NCBI GenBank assembly: GCA_051942205.1
Contig: JAVECO010000045.1
Location: forward strand, 1 to 64,000
Length of the DNA: 64,000 nucleotides
Direction: 5' to 3'
From: Coniocarpon cinnabarinum
Taxonomy: Eukaryota
Below, one piece after another: positions 49,465 through 60,144 of this stretch (the stretch's first letter is position 1; each line of letters opens with the position of its first letter). A program made the position numbers and the translations under genes. The notes under the pieces were generated by a model. That model had not been told where the DNA came from, made no database searches, and worked only from the letters and a program-made list of their open reading frames with translations.

Positions 49465-50256
49465 TCAGTTTCCAGCATCGTCCATCTCCTCATTGCCCCC
49501 ATCTGCCTCGGACTCGGGCGACGTTTCCCTCTCCCCCACACCTTTCTTAACATCCAATTGCCTTCGCAACAGCATGAGACACACTCCCACGAAAGGCCGC
49601 CACAGTCTGGTTCCCGCCGGCACTTGGGCTGCAAATACTCGGTGCTTCCAGATCATCTTCTTCTTCCCTGTTTGCTCGTCCTGGGTCCACATCTTTCCCT
49701 TGGAAAACTGGTTTGTCCAGTGTGTTTCTGCGCCTGCATCTGTGACACTAACCTCAGTTGGGAGATGCTCCTTACCGTCTCCACTGACTGCACGCACATC
49801 GTATCCAGGCTCAATCTGAACGTGAAAAATTCGCCGCCGGTCTTGCACGGGGATGGAATCATCCTCTGACATGGTCACCAAGCGCGGTTCGTCCGGCCGT
49901 GCTTGATGGTAGTACTCGCGAAGAGTACATGGATCGCTGTGAACGGGGGGATGGCGGTGCAATCGCAAGTCGACGTGGATGGGAGCATGGCGACGCAATC
50001 GCAAGTCGTATTTTCGATCTTTGTGGCTAAAGTCTGTACGAGTGCTGTCACCGGGGTAGAAGAGCCATTCGTGTGAGTGGAAACTGATACGGTCTTCGAG
50101 GGGGAGTTTTCGGGTACGACCAATGGCGATTTCGTGGCCCGGGACATGGAGGGTGCAGAATTCATCGCGCATGAGAGGGACGCGGATTTCGACCTCGACA
50201 GGTGTGTTGGTGATGAGAGTGGTAGGATCGACCAGTTGATGTAGTTCGGGTGCCAT
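49465..50256 (-). CDS. Orphan 263-aa intronless protein with a 12-aa internal duplication
   Basis: CCC-ATG-G start, protein-like composition, DLRLRRHAPIHV/DLRLHRHPPVHS. Confidence 0.6.
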   Translation of the reverse strand: MAPELHQLVDPTTLITNTPVEVEIRVPLMRDEFCTLHVPGHEIAIGRTRKLPLEDRISFHSHEWLFYPGDSTRTDFSHKDRKYDLRLRRHAPIHVDLRLHRHPPVHSDPCTLREYYHQARPDEPRLVTMSEDDSIPVQDRRRIFHVQIEPGYDVRAVSGDGKEHLPTEVSVTDAGAETHWTNQFSKGKMWTQDEQTGKKKMIWKHRVFAAQVPAGTRLWRPFVGVCLMLLRRQLDVKKGVGERETSPESEADGGNEEMDDAGN

Positions 50257-51676
50257 GGGGGAAAAACGGTACTGGTAATGTCGTGGCTATCTGAGAGGGA
50301 TGTAGCGCGGGTGCAAGAAGCAGCTTAATTTTGAGATTCTCGAGCTGGATATGATGGTCTTCTTATGGGTTGGCAGTGTATTGATTTGCCGCACCCAACG
50401 AATGCTACTGAATGCTGAATACAATTCTGGCTGAAAATCAAAATCGCATCCACCGACTAGAGCTGGTTTTCCTCTATAAGTGACGACAAGATGTCCAACT
50501 TCTGACTTCGGCCCCTGTCTCACAAGTGAGGCCAACTTTAGGTGAATTGCATGGTTGATCCAGAGTTACTGAAACATTTTAGGGGCCGAAGACAGCTATT
50601 CGTGTAGTTCCCGAGATGGATGACAAGTGCTGAGATCTGAAACGACTGACACGGCCCCTGTCTCAAACAGAAGTATATGCCACGGGGCTCTTTTGTGCTT
50701 CATGAAAGCCATGAAGGTTTTGTTGAAATGTGCAAGTTCCGCGTCAGAGCTGGCTGTCAATCACGGGCTCGTGAGAGATATCTGCGGCTGACCCACACGT
50801 CGAATCTGTTTGACGTGACCCAGGCATCATGTAAGATTTAGCTTTCTGCGCTTCGAATGATCCTGCTATGCTCGCCGCAAGAGTAACGGACAAAAGCCTC
50901 TGATCAGAAAGATCCAGGCCACAAAGCCACGGGCACAAACGCGATAGCCCTTTCTGACTCATGAGACGTAGTACTCTCCCACGAGGGTGTCATCGTCCCT
51001 TCGGTGTCAGCTTGTGTTTCGATTTCCCTTGGTCAACGGCGAGGAGCGCTCAGGACATCGCAGCCTACGGGGGCAGTGGGTGGCGCAGGGATTCGCGCAG
51101 CAAGTCGAAAGCCCCGGGAGGCCATCAATGACGTTTAGACTCATTAAATTGCTCTACCCTGAGCCATTTGCAATTTCCATGTGCCCTTCGCTGAGGTGAA
51201 CACACGGGAAGTTGTACCTGAACTCCGTCTGGAAATGTCAGAGGCTGGCAAGGAATGTGCGTCAGGTGGTGTCGGAAGCCACACAGATCTGATGTGATAG
51301 CCACGGCGTGAACCCTTCAAGACGTAGCGCATCTTCGACTTCGCGGCAAATGACCAATCGTCGCAGCCATGTCGAACCATAGTGAGAATCTTTGGTGCAG
51401 GTTGAATGTCCAACGCTGCACAGGCATTGATGTCCTGGAAACACAATCAAGAACCTCTTACCATCAAGTCGCGTGCGACACTGGCTGGTCTTGCTTCTTT
51501 GTCTTCTAAGCAGACGCCGTTTCGATGGAACGTCGGAGACAAACGCCTTCAACGCTTCTCGCTGAACAAGATCGATCTGACCTAATGTCGCAAAGGATAA
51601 ATAGCACTTCGTTGTGCCATCTCTTACATTGACTACCCAGAAAAACAACCCTGCCACCTTTTTGACAATACTGAAT

Positions 51677-52140
51677 ATGTCAATGGCATACCGCAATCTG
51701 CTCATCGCTTTCGTCTTGGCGACTCTGACGTCCAAGATCAACGCTGCGCCAGCGACACCAGAAGAATGCACGCCAGCCCCTGCGTGTCAAGACGATGTTC
51801 TTTGCTGTGATGGAAGCTACTTTGTGCAAGGGCAACTTGCGACCAATTGTATCGCTTGTAAGTGTTTTCTGGTGTTTTCTGGACAGGCCACTCAAGCAAA
51901 AACGTATTATCCAGTGGTGCTAAGCATCGACCGCAGTCAACAATGACGTACAGTCCAAGTGCGGGTTGAAGCAAAACATATACTGTTGTGACACCTATCT
52001 GGACATCGTGAGTCTGTTGATCCAACATCTACATGACTTGGAATGTCTGACTGATCTGAAACTGAAAGTTGGCATCAGCGATCGGCTGCTCAAAGTACTT
52101 TAGCACGAACACGGGCGAGGTCAACCCGGCTTGGTGCTAA
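51677..52140 (+). CDS. Secreted hydrophobin-like protein, 107 aa, 10 Cys; exons 51677-51857, 51937-52007, 52069-52140
   Basis: Signal peptide (RNLLIAFVLATLTSKINA). The spliced product has the C-CC-C-C-CC-C pattern. Confidence 0.82.
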
Positions 52141-52871
52141 GGGAAAGAAGCAGCCCATTCCATTGAGTCTGCAGCGGCCTCTCAACGCGAAGCACATATC
52201 ACGATTGAAGCTTCTTTCTGAGTAGTGGCAAAATCGAACAGAACTTGTACTTTCAGTTGTTTCTGAACTTGCTCCCACAAGCTTCGAGCTTTCTGTAACA
52301 GGAATGTAACGCCTGATCGTGTGAAATGTCGTTGAGTCGGGTCCGAACCAATCCTTCTTCGACCTGCTTGTGCAGTTGGTCACGCTCTGTTTCGACTTGC
52401 TTGAGGCGATCTCGATGCTCGATCATTGTGAGACGAGGAGGGCAGTGGAACGTTAATAACTGCAGAGCCGGATAAGGTGATGTGTTTCGTAGGCTAAGTG
52501 GAGAGGATGGTGCGCAAGCTAATTCATGTCATGTCAGCTCTGTCTCTTTAATTCGCCAGAGAGCTGTTAACTCACCGTGATTGGCGTACAAAGATAGTAC
52601 AAGATACCAGAGAAGCGCAGCCGCGATCAGTGCAGTCCCGGCAGTCTTCTTGCGCTGCATAATAGCAGTAACAGACTTCTGAAGTTCTTCAGGTTCTTTG
52701 CTATCAAGTAATCCGTATGTTCAAGCCCTGAGCTGATACCCAAATTGTCGAGTTGTGGGGTGAAAGCAGGTTGTCGCACACAAAGCGTCTCCACTGGTGC
52801 ATCGCCCTTTGTTTCGAAGACAGCGCGAGTTCCCAAGACCTTCACAAGCCTACCCATGGCTAGCCTCGGTT

Positions 52872-53862
52872 TCAAGCCATGTCCATCGCTGCCATTGCTT
52901 CCATATCATCAGCAAAGTCATCAAGGGCAGGTGATCCACTAATTTCATGTGCTCGCGTGTCACCGCTTTCAGCAACGGCTTCTTCTTCCGCAAGTAGCCG
53001 ATCCAGATCATCTTCTTCCGCCACAAGAGTTGACCCAGCTCCTGCCGAATTCTCATTGGGTATTTGCGCACCATCAGAATCTTGGGTATCGTGTTCGCCA
53101 CGCTGATTATTAGCAGGCCGGTTAGGCTCGTCTTGTTCAACGAATAATGGGCCGTCATCCTCCACGGCGGTCTGCTGAGCTCCGGACATAAAAGCGTCAC
53201 CAGTCCCGTCGTTTGCATCATCGTTAGAAACTACGTCATCCGCAGGAGGTGTTGTGGCTCTTGGATGCCTCTCTTCATCAATCCACTCTCGTCTCATGAT
53301 TTGCATTCGTCGAGAATGTCCCACTTTTTCGATGATAGACAGGCCATCGGCGAACTTAGCCTTAGGAAACAATTCATCAAGCCAGAGCTGGTATACATTC
53401 AGAAGTCTGCCGACATCCGAAAACTGCAACCTGTTTAGCTTGCTTCCCTGCATGATTGTCCGAAAATCGGCGATGAAGACAACGCACTTCATGGCCTTTG
53501 CCTCGAAATTTCAGCCTGTTCTTCGTGATCTTCCGAAGCTCTGGTAAGCCCTTGGGACCCAGCAAACGGTTCTCATCGAGCTTGGCTTGCTTTGGCCGAG
53601 GCTTGCGGACTTTGACTTCTTCGTCAATACCTAACCCTCGACCTTCATCTTGATCGTTGCCTCTCGAGTCTCTTGCGCCGTCATCATTCGTATCTCGGAA
53701 AACATCGTCAATTTGCGCGTCATAATTAAATAGATCTGTAAATTCGTCTCGAGGAGCTGCTACTGTATCGCCTGGGTGTGGTCGTACAGGATCTGGAGCT
53801 GATGGATCTTGAGCGTATCCTCGTCCTGACAGGTCAAGACTGTCGCCAACCGCCGCCGCCAT
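52872..53862 (-). CDS. CSM3: Replication fork protection complex subunit Csm3/Swi3 (Tipin); intron about 53428-53487
   Basis: LGIDEEVKV..KLDENRLLGPKGLPELR..KFRGKGHE|FSDVGRLLNVYQLWLDELFPKAKFAD..IEKVGH. Confidence 0.93.
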
Positions 53863-53923
53863 GTCTTCGATGTGTTTCTTTTGTGTAGTCGGATGAACAA
53901 CCTTAAACATCTAACCTTGAGAG

Positions 53924-53953
53924 ACGCGTAGCCACAACGCGCTAAGCACGCGA
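53924..53953. promoter_or_regulatory. MCB-like elements in the CSM3/NUXM divergent promoter
   Basis: ACGCGT at 53924-53929 plus ACGCGC and ACGCGA within 30 nt. Confidence 0.55.
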
Positions 53954-54084
53954 GGCCCGGAATGTCCCGCCGAAGAGTGCCGTATATTTTCAATGCAGCT
54001 CCGCATTAAGTACATACCGATGGCTTCTCGAGCTTTCACGACGACGTTGAAGGGCTCAGGTGTTCGTTGCTCAAGCCTGCCAGT

Positions 54085-54960
54085 ATGGCGGATCAAACAC
54101 AAGAGCAGCGACCGAGGCCATATATACCTTCGAAAAGGCCCAACAGCGATTATCCCGTCCGTATCAAACTCCATACTTAGCCGCGATTAATGCTAATATC
54201 AACAGCTTATTGACAACGATCCGTACGTTTGCGACTTTACCTGCGCTCTGATTTCCTTCACAAGACTTCTATCGTCTTCGCTGCCCGATCATACGCTTAA
54301 AGTTCTTCCTGACAAACTTGTGCCACAGACACTTCAGACGAGTTCTCCGCTATGCGCGGTCTTCCGATTATGCTTGGGGAGCAGGCGTGGCTGCCGTGCC
54401 TCCTGGGCTTCTTTACTACTGGGAAACGGTTTCGCCTTCACACATGAGCAAAGGAGGATTCGCGCCCATGATGCGACTGAATGTTGCGCTTGGCCTATGT
54501 GGAGGTTTCCTCATGTACTATACAAGATCATCATGTATGCGGAACCCCCTGGACCGTCTCACTGGCTCAATGCATGCGTTGAAAATGCACTTGCAAGCAA
54601 GAAGAGTACCGAGAATCAATGGGTAGAGTTCAAAAGCTGACGCAAGTCTTTTCAGATCGGTTTTACGGCGTGACGGAAAACAAACGCGAAGTTGATATGG
54701 ACATGCGCGAGATGGTGGAGAAGGTGAAAAAAGGCGAACCGCTCTATGGAGAGACAGAGCTCACAGACTACATGCAAGGAGTGGCGGCGCGCAACAGTCG
54801 GTATTCAGCCACGTTTCTGCATGTGATGCCCATGTTCAATTTCGTCAATCACAACCAACATGGTGTGGACACTGCAAAGTATTATCAACAAGCTGAACGA
54901 GAGTTGGAAGCGGAGAGAATAGCGAAAGGCACCAAATTCGAGGATGGAAAAGTTCAATGA
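54085..54960 (+). CDS. Fungal complex I 21/20.9-kDa accessory subunit (NUXM); exons 54085-54156, 54206-54222, 54329-54534, 54656-54960
   Basis: DYP|LIDNDP|HFRRVLRYARSSDY, RFYGVTENKREVDMDMREMV, NFVNHNQHGVDTAKYY. Confidence 0.92.
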
Positions 54961-55377
54961 CCCATGAGATCCAGTGAGAAACTGAATGGAAGGGCGCACA
55001 TCGAAGGACATCCCACCCACAATAGAGGGTGTGTTGTTTGTTGAGACCACGACAAGCAGCATCAGCCTGACGCCCGTGCTATGTACCTGTTCATGGAATG
55101 GTATGGGGCGCCCTCGTGCTGGTTGAGCCAGCTTAAGATGGAAGAGCATCTTGGCAAGTTGCTAGAGCTAGGATACCCCATCAAACAGCGGAGAATGACT
55201 CTGTCGTCATGCACTCGACTGTTCCTATATTACGCTGCAAGAGAACTCACATACTGCGAGGTGAAGGTCATTCAACCATGAGCTGCTATGCCACAGCGAA
55301 GGTTCTTTGTAATTCTTAACAAACACTACTTTCCCCATGAAGCTTGATCAACGGATGCCAAGCCCCTCCAAACCGCA

Positions 55378-55383
55378 CCGAGG
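55378..55383. promoter_or_regulatory. CCGAGG FarA/FarB-type element upstream of the thiolase
   Basis: CCGAGG about 265 nt upstream of the ATG of a beta-oxidation gene. Confidence 0.45.
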
Positions 55384-55644
55384 ATCAACTCCCGATCTTA
55401 AGCTCCGCATGCTGTGATGTTGCAAGGCTCTCCAACAGCAACAATCATGGCAACCTTGTACAACTCTTCCGGCCTTGCCTTGCGAACTTCCGAGAATTGT
55501 GCACAAGGCTGTTCGACGGTAGGAAGGCCTTCGGCTATACCGCGACTGTACTCTTCTAATCGTATGAAGAGTGCCCGACGATCACCACGGAACGACTGCA
55601 GATGAGAAGCCAACTGCGAAGTGAGCGATTTTGAGGGCACCACG

Positions 55645-56944
55645 ATGGCGGGACTAGCTCGAAAAGGACTCAGAAATATCCTGCAAAAAAGCAATGACGA
55701 TGTGGTCTTTCTCTCCGCTCTACGGACACCAACCACAAGGTCGTACAAAGGCGGTTTGAAGGACGCATACGACCATGAATTGCTATATCATGTATGCATT
55801 GGATCCCATGCAACGCAGCATGAGTGCTTGGATGTTAACTTGATGCAAGGTCCTCAAAGCCACCCTAAACCGCTTGCCATCCTTCGACCCCATGTGCATC
55901 AACGACATCCATGTCGGCACTGTCCTTTCCGAACTTGGTGGTTCCAAAGCTGGACGCATGGCTGCTCTGCATGCTGGCTATCCTCCGAGTGCTGCTTTCT
56001 CCACCGTCAATCGCGCTTGTGCATCCTCTCTGACTGCCATCAGCACCGTAGCGACTTCCATCCTCTCGGGTCAAATCGATGCAGGTGTAGCGGGCGGCAT
56101 GGAGAGCATGAGCCGGAATTATGGCAGTCGTGCGATACCCACGCAATTGTGGGATGGTCTCAAAACCAGTTCAGACAAAGACGCCAGAGACTGTATCATG
56201 AGCATGGGATTGACAGCTGAGAACGTTGCCAAAAGATATGGTATCAGTCGCGAAGCACAAGACGCGTACGCCAGTCGAAGTCAAGCCCGTGCAGTGGAGG
56301 CGCAGAAAGGCGGCAAGTTTGACGAGGAGATCGTACCAGTACAGACAACGTGGACGGATCCCAAAGACGAATCGAAAGGCCCGCAAGATGTGACGATCTC
56401 TAAGGATGATGGAATACGTTCCACGACCGCAGAGAAGCTAGCAAGTATGAAGCCGGCATTTGATCCAGAACAAGGTACTGCTACGGCTGGAAATAGCAGC
56501 CAGATTAGTGACGGAGCTGCTGCATTGACCATGATGCGACGAAGTACTGCCACCGCATTGGGATTGTCTGGCTCCATCATTGGGAAGTGGGCTGGATCCA
56601 CGGTGGTGGGATGCAAACCGGATGAGATGGGTGTTGGGCCCGCATTGGCGGTGCCGGCGCTGTTGTCGAGATCGGAGGTAAAGAAGGAGGAAATAGGGTT
56701 GTGGGAAATCAACGAAGCCTTTGCTGCTCAGGTTGTACATTGCGTGAGACAGTTGGAGCTGGATGAAGACTTGGTGAATGTCAATGGTGGGGCGATTGCC
56801 TTAGGACATCCATTGGGCGCGACGGGTGCACGACTAGTGACGACTTTGCTGAGTGAAATGGGCCGAAGAGGTGTCGAGGTAGGCTGCGCGAGTCTATGCA
56901 TTGGCACAGGCATGGGTCAAGCCTCATTAATTGTGCGAGAGTAG
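55645..56944 (+). CDS. 3-ketoacyl-CoA thiolase; intron about 55792-55849
   Basis: [53 protein letters not shown]. No obvious PTS2. Confidence 0.95.
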
Positions 56945-56990
56945 CCGCCTTGCATTGAGAATAGTGGAAGAAGCATATCGCGTCACAGGT

Positions 56991-57977
56991 TCAGCCAGCT
57001 TCAAGCTTCTCAGCCCTTCGCAGCTGTTGCTTCTGCTTGAACTTCAGTTTCTTTTCCCTGTTTTTCCTGCGTCGTCGATCTTCCTCGTTCTCATTTGGCT
57101 GTTCCGTGCTCCCAATCTCGTTTCCAATCTGACCTTGATTGTGATCTTCGACTTCAGCCTCGTCTCCTCCCAACGTTGCTTCGGTCAGTGATGCTCGCGC
57201 TGGGGCTGGTCCTGCAGTGAGTAGAATTTCAGATGGGTCCTTTGTTGCTGGGTCATTTAGACTGTTGCTATCGCCCGTAAATGCAAAATCTCTATGCGCC
57301 TGAATCGACACCTCTCGCTGTGCCTCTACAGTCGCAGTAGCAGATGATTGAACAGCCTTCTTCTTGTTCTTACTTTTCTTGGAATTTCGTTCCAGTACCT
57401 CGTCAAGGAACGACGTCGCCTTCCTTTTGGGTACCATTAGACTGGATCCCATTGCTTCACGATGATTCGGTGCTAAGCCAGGCGCTGAGGCAGAATCGGA
57501 ACTGTCTTGCGGACGGGCGGCTTCGTGGTTCTTTCTCGAACTGATGAAGCGGGATCTACCTTCTTCCTCACTCTCATCGCTAGTCCCATCATGAATTTGC
57601 CCATGAGGAGCTTTCTTGAAGGACTTTTCTGCACTCTTCTCTCGCGCACCTCCAAGTCTGAGCTGCCGTTTCAACGTGATAAGATCTTCTTCCTGTTCAT
57701 TCTTCTTCAAAGACGTCGCTTCTGAAGAGCCAACATTCAACTTGCCTACTCCAGCCCTCTGTGATCTTGCCAAAGCAGCAAGGCTCTCTTTAGTATCATC
57801 TCTGGCAGACTGTTTGGCATTGCCTGGTTGAGAGTCCCCATCAGATGAGACAGCTTGAGCATTGACCGGATTTGGCAGCCAGCTATCAACTAGACTAGTC
57901 TTTGCATTTAGTTGGACTGCTACCTGATTTCGCAAAACATCAATGTCATCAACAGCAGCCTTGCCATGCGCAGGCAT
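56991..57977 (-). CDS. Lysine-rich low-complexity protein, DUF3245-like
   Basis: N-terminal NQVAVQLNAKTSLVDSWL, RAGVG, SFLDEVL followed by a poly-K tract. Confidence 0.65.
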   Translation of the reverse strand: MPAHGKAAVDDIDVLRNQVAVQLNAKTSLVDSWLPNPVNAQAVSSDGDSQPGNAKQSARDDTKESLAALARSQRAGVGKLNVGSSEATSLKKNEQEEDLITLKRQLRLGGAREKSAEKSFKKAPHGQIHDGTSDESEEEGRSRFISSRKNHEAARPQDSSDSASAPGLAPNHREAMGSSLMVPKRKATSFLDEVLERNSKKSKNKKKAVQSSATATVEAQREVSIQAHRDFAFTGDSNSLNDPATKDPSEILLTAGPAPARASLTEATLGGDEAEVEDHNQGQIGNEIGSTEQPNENEEDRRRRKNREKKLKFKQKQQLRRAEKLEAG

Positions 57978-58173
57978 GCTAATGAGCACCTCGACGCTGC
58001 CACAAATAATAGATAGCTATGTACGAGTGTGCGCACTTACATATGCATGTCTGAAATTTAAGGCAAAAGGAGAAGCTAGGTAATCATTGAAACTGGCTTC
58101 TGTAGAGCGCCGTAAAGGCCGAAAATAGTCAATGGAAAGGCAACATCGTCAATGTCATTATACTATGAGGTAC

Positions 58174-58867
58174 TCAGGAACGTTCATTTTCATCCCCTTC
58201 CCTGACAGACGTCAAAACATTCTGCAGCGGTCGTTGGCGCCTTTCGTGTTCTTGTCTAGTTCTTTCTCTTTTATACTTCTATCGCCGAGTGGTTAGCAAA
58301 CATGTTGCAAAACGACTGCTCAAGGCTCTCCAACTTACTCCGCCAGTGAGCTGAGACCATGCGAGATTGCCTTTCAACTTCTTATCATCACCATAGACAG
58401 CTCCAATAAGCATGCCATCGTAGTACTTGCCGCCTTGGTTCTCCCGCTTGTAGAAGTCCACATAGAAACGCATCTTCCTGTCCGGAGCTTTCCTGTTTGT
58501 GAACCTGCGGTACGCACCCCACAGGCTCTGGGCAGCCACACGACGTTCGACTCGCCTTTCCACACGACAGTCAGTCCAAACGCTTGATTGACTTGTTCCA
58601 AGACATTTTCCTCGTTACAGCGACGCTACAACTTCCAGATACAGTTGCACAAGGCTGCAAAGCTCACCTTATACGGACTTCACGAGGCCACGGTGGCGTC
58701 CAAGGATCGTTGTCGTCGTTAGAACGACCGTGAGGAAACACTCTCTCATAGAAAGCAATGAGGTTCTGAAACGCCTCGCAGGCAAGCTGAAATTCCCAGT
58801 CGTCAAGGCGATCCACGTCAGAGATCACCTTGGTTTGGTTAGCGTTGATAAGCTTTTCTTGGGGCAT
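58174..58867 (-). CDS. Orphan gene or pseudogene with two probable introns; splicing not fully resolved
   Basis: Protein-like ORFs 58664-58876 and 58279-58563 each end at a GTRAG donor. The last intron has GCTAAC..TAG. Confidence 0.35.
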
Positions 58868-59371
58868 TGATATCACGATATGGTTCTTGGGAAGAGGGAG
58901 AAGTCAGACTTGGGGGTCTACCACGACTTGACGGTCTACCACGGGAAAGATCGAGGTTGATCGAGATGATGGTTAGAAGGCAGCGACGCGTCTGATGAAG
59001 AGTTTTGCTAACATAGAGCAGTATGTTTGTCTGGTATTTGTATCATGGCTATCTCCAGGACTTCTATGGTGTTGTTGTCTGAGGATAGGTGGCGTTAAGT
59101 AAGTGTGAACAAGCAACTTGTCATAATCATAGTGCCATGTGTGTGTTGCACGTCTTCTCTAAATGCTGGATGCAAACGTGAAGACCCTCCCGAATCCGTA
59201 CCTGGTGGGAGAAGGTCCCAGACCTGGTGCGGGAGTATCGGATAGAAGGCCCCCTCGAATGTCGGACGGATCTCATGTATGGTGCTACGTGGCACTCCAT
59301 CAGCCGCGCAATATATACCGCGACTCCGACTGAGGCCGTTTTTTGCACTGTCGAGAGGGAGAATTGGGCCC

Positions 59372-59397
59372 AACGTGCCGCGGGTTGGAGACACGTG
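59372..59397. promoter_or_regulatory. AACGTG and CACGTG Pho4/NUC-1-type sites upstream of BTA1
   Basis: Two E-box variants 20 nt apart. Fungal BTA1 is a known phosphate-starvation target. Confidence 0.45.
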
Positions 59398-60144
59398 ACA
59401 TGTTAGCGTGCATGAGATCGCGTGCCTGACTCTTGGGGCCGCCAGGCCGTGTTCAGTGGCGTCAACGGGATTCTTCTTCCTACACCTTCTCCTACACCTC
59501 CCAGCTCCGCCGCTGACATGGCCATTTCAATACTCATCTTTGCTCCCTGAAGAGGCTGGGCGATCCTCGGCTCAGGATTTGCAGTCTCAAGCATGCGAGG
59601 CCAGCACATGACGCGCATGAAGAGCATCTTTTCCAACCCGTGCTCAGTTGAAGAACCTGATTGGTCAGGTATTCTCACCCTCCTCGTCCTCAACGCCTTT
59701 TCGTCTTGCCGTCTCGATTGCTTCTCGGCCACGACTAAGAGCACATGTCAGTCCTGATGCATTCTCACAGGCTCACCAAAGTCGTGTCTCACGTCCTCAA
59801 AGTCTCGTATATCTTAAACTTTGTGATCCCTTGTCCACTACCAAAGTTTCTTTCTTGTGTCCCTCGCGTTCTCATACCTCTGAAGCTCAGTCTTCGGCAC
59901 CGCTCAGTCAGTGCTATGGCGTCGGCGCTACTCTCGCCCATGGCAAACATGCACCTCGTTCAGCAACCACATGGGGAATGTAGCTTGATTCTGGGGAGCA
60001 CCAAAGTTTGCGAGCTTGATAGCATTGACCCAGGTTAGTCGGTTACAATGACAATATATACATTCCTCACTCCCCTTTGTTCCGGCGTTCTGGACGATCT
60101 GCCGCAGAAAATCATTCTCTGTGCTTTTCCATACTCGAAACAAC

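Noticed and set aside
51262..51771. 169-aa minus-strand ORF
   Set aside because: Overlaps the hydrophobin promoter and exon 1 in antisense; no protein-like features.
43000..52200. Transposon, Starship captain or RIP-degraded element
   Set aside because: I recognised no transposase, RT or tyrosine-recombinase motifs and no terminal repeats; there is no marked AT/TpA enrichment.
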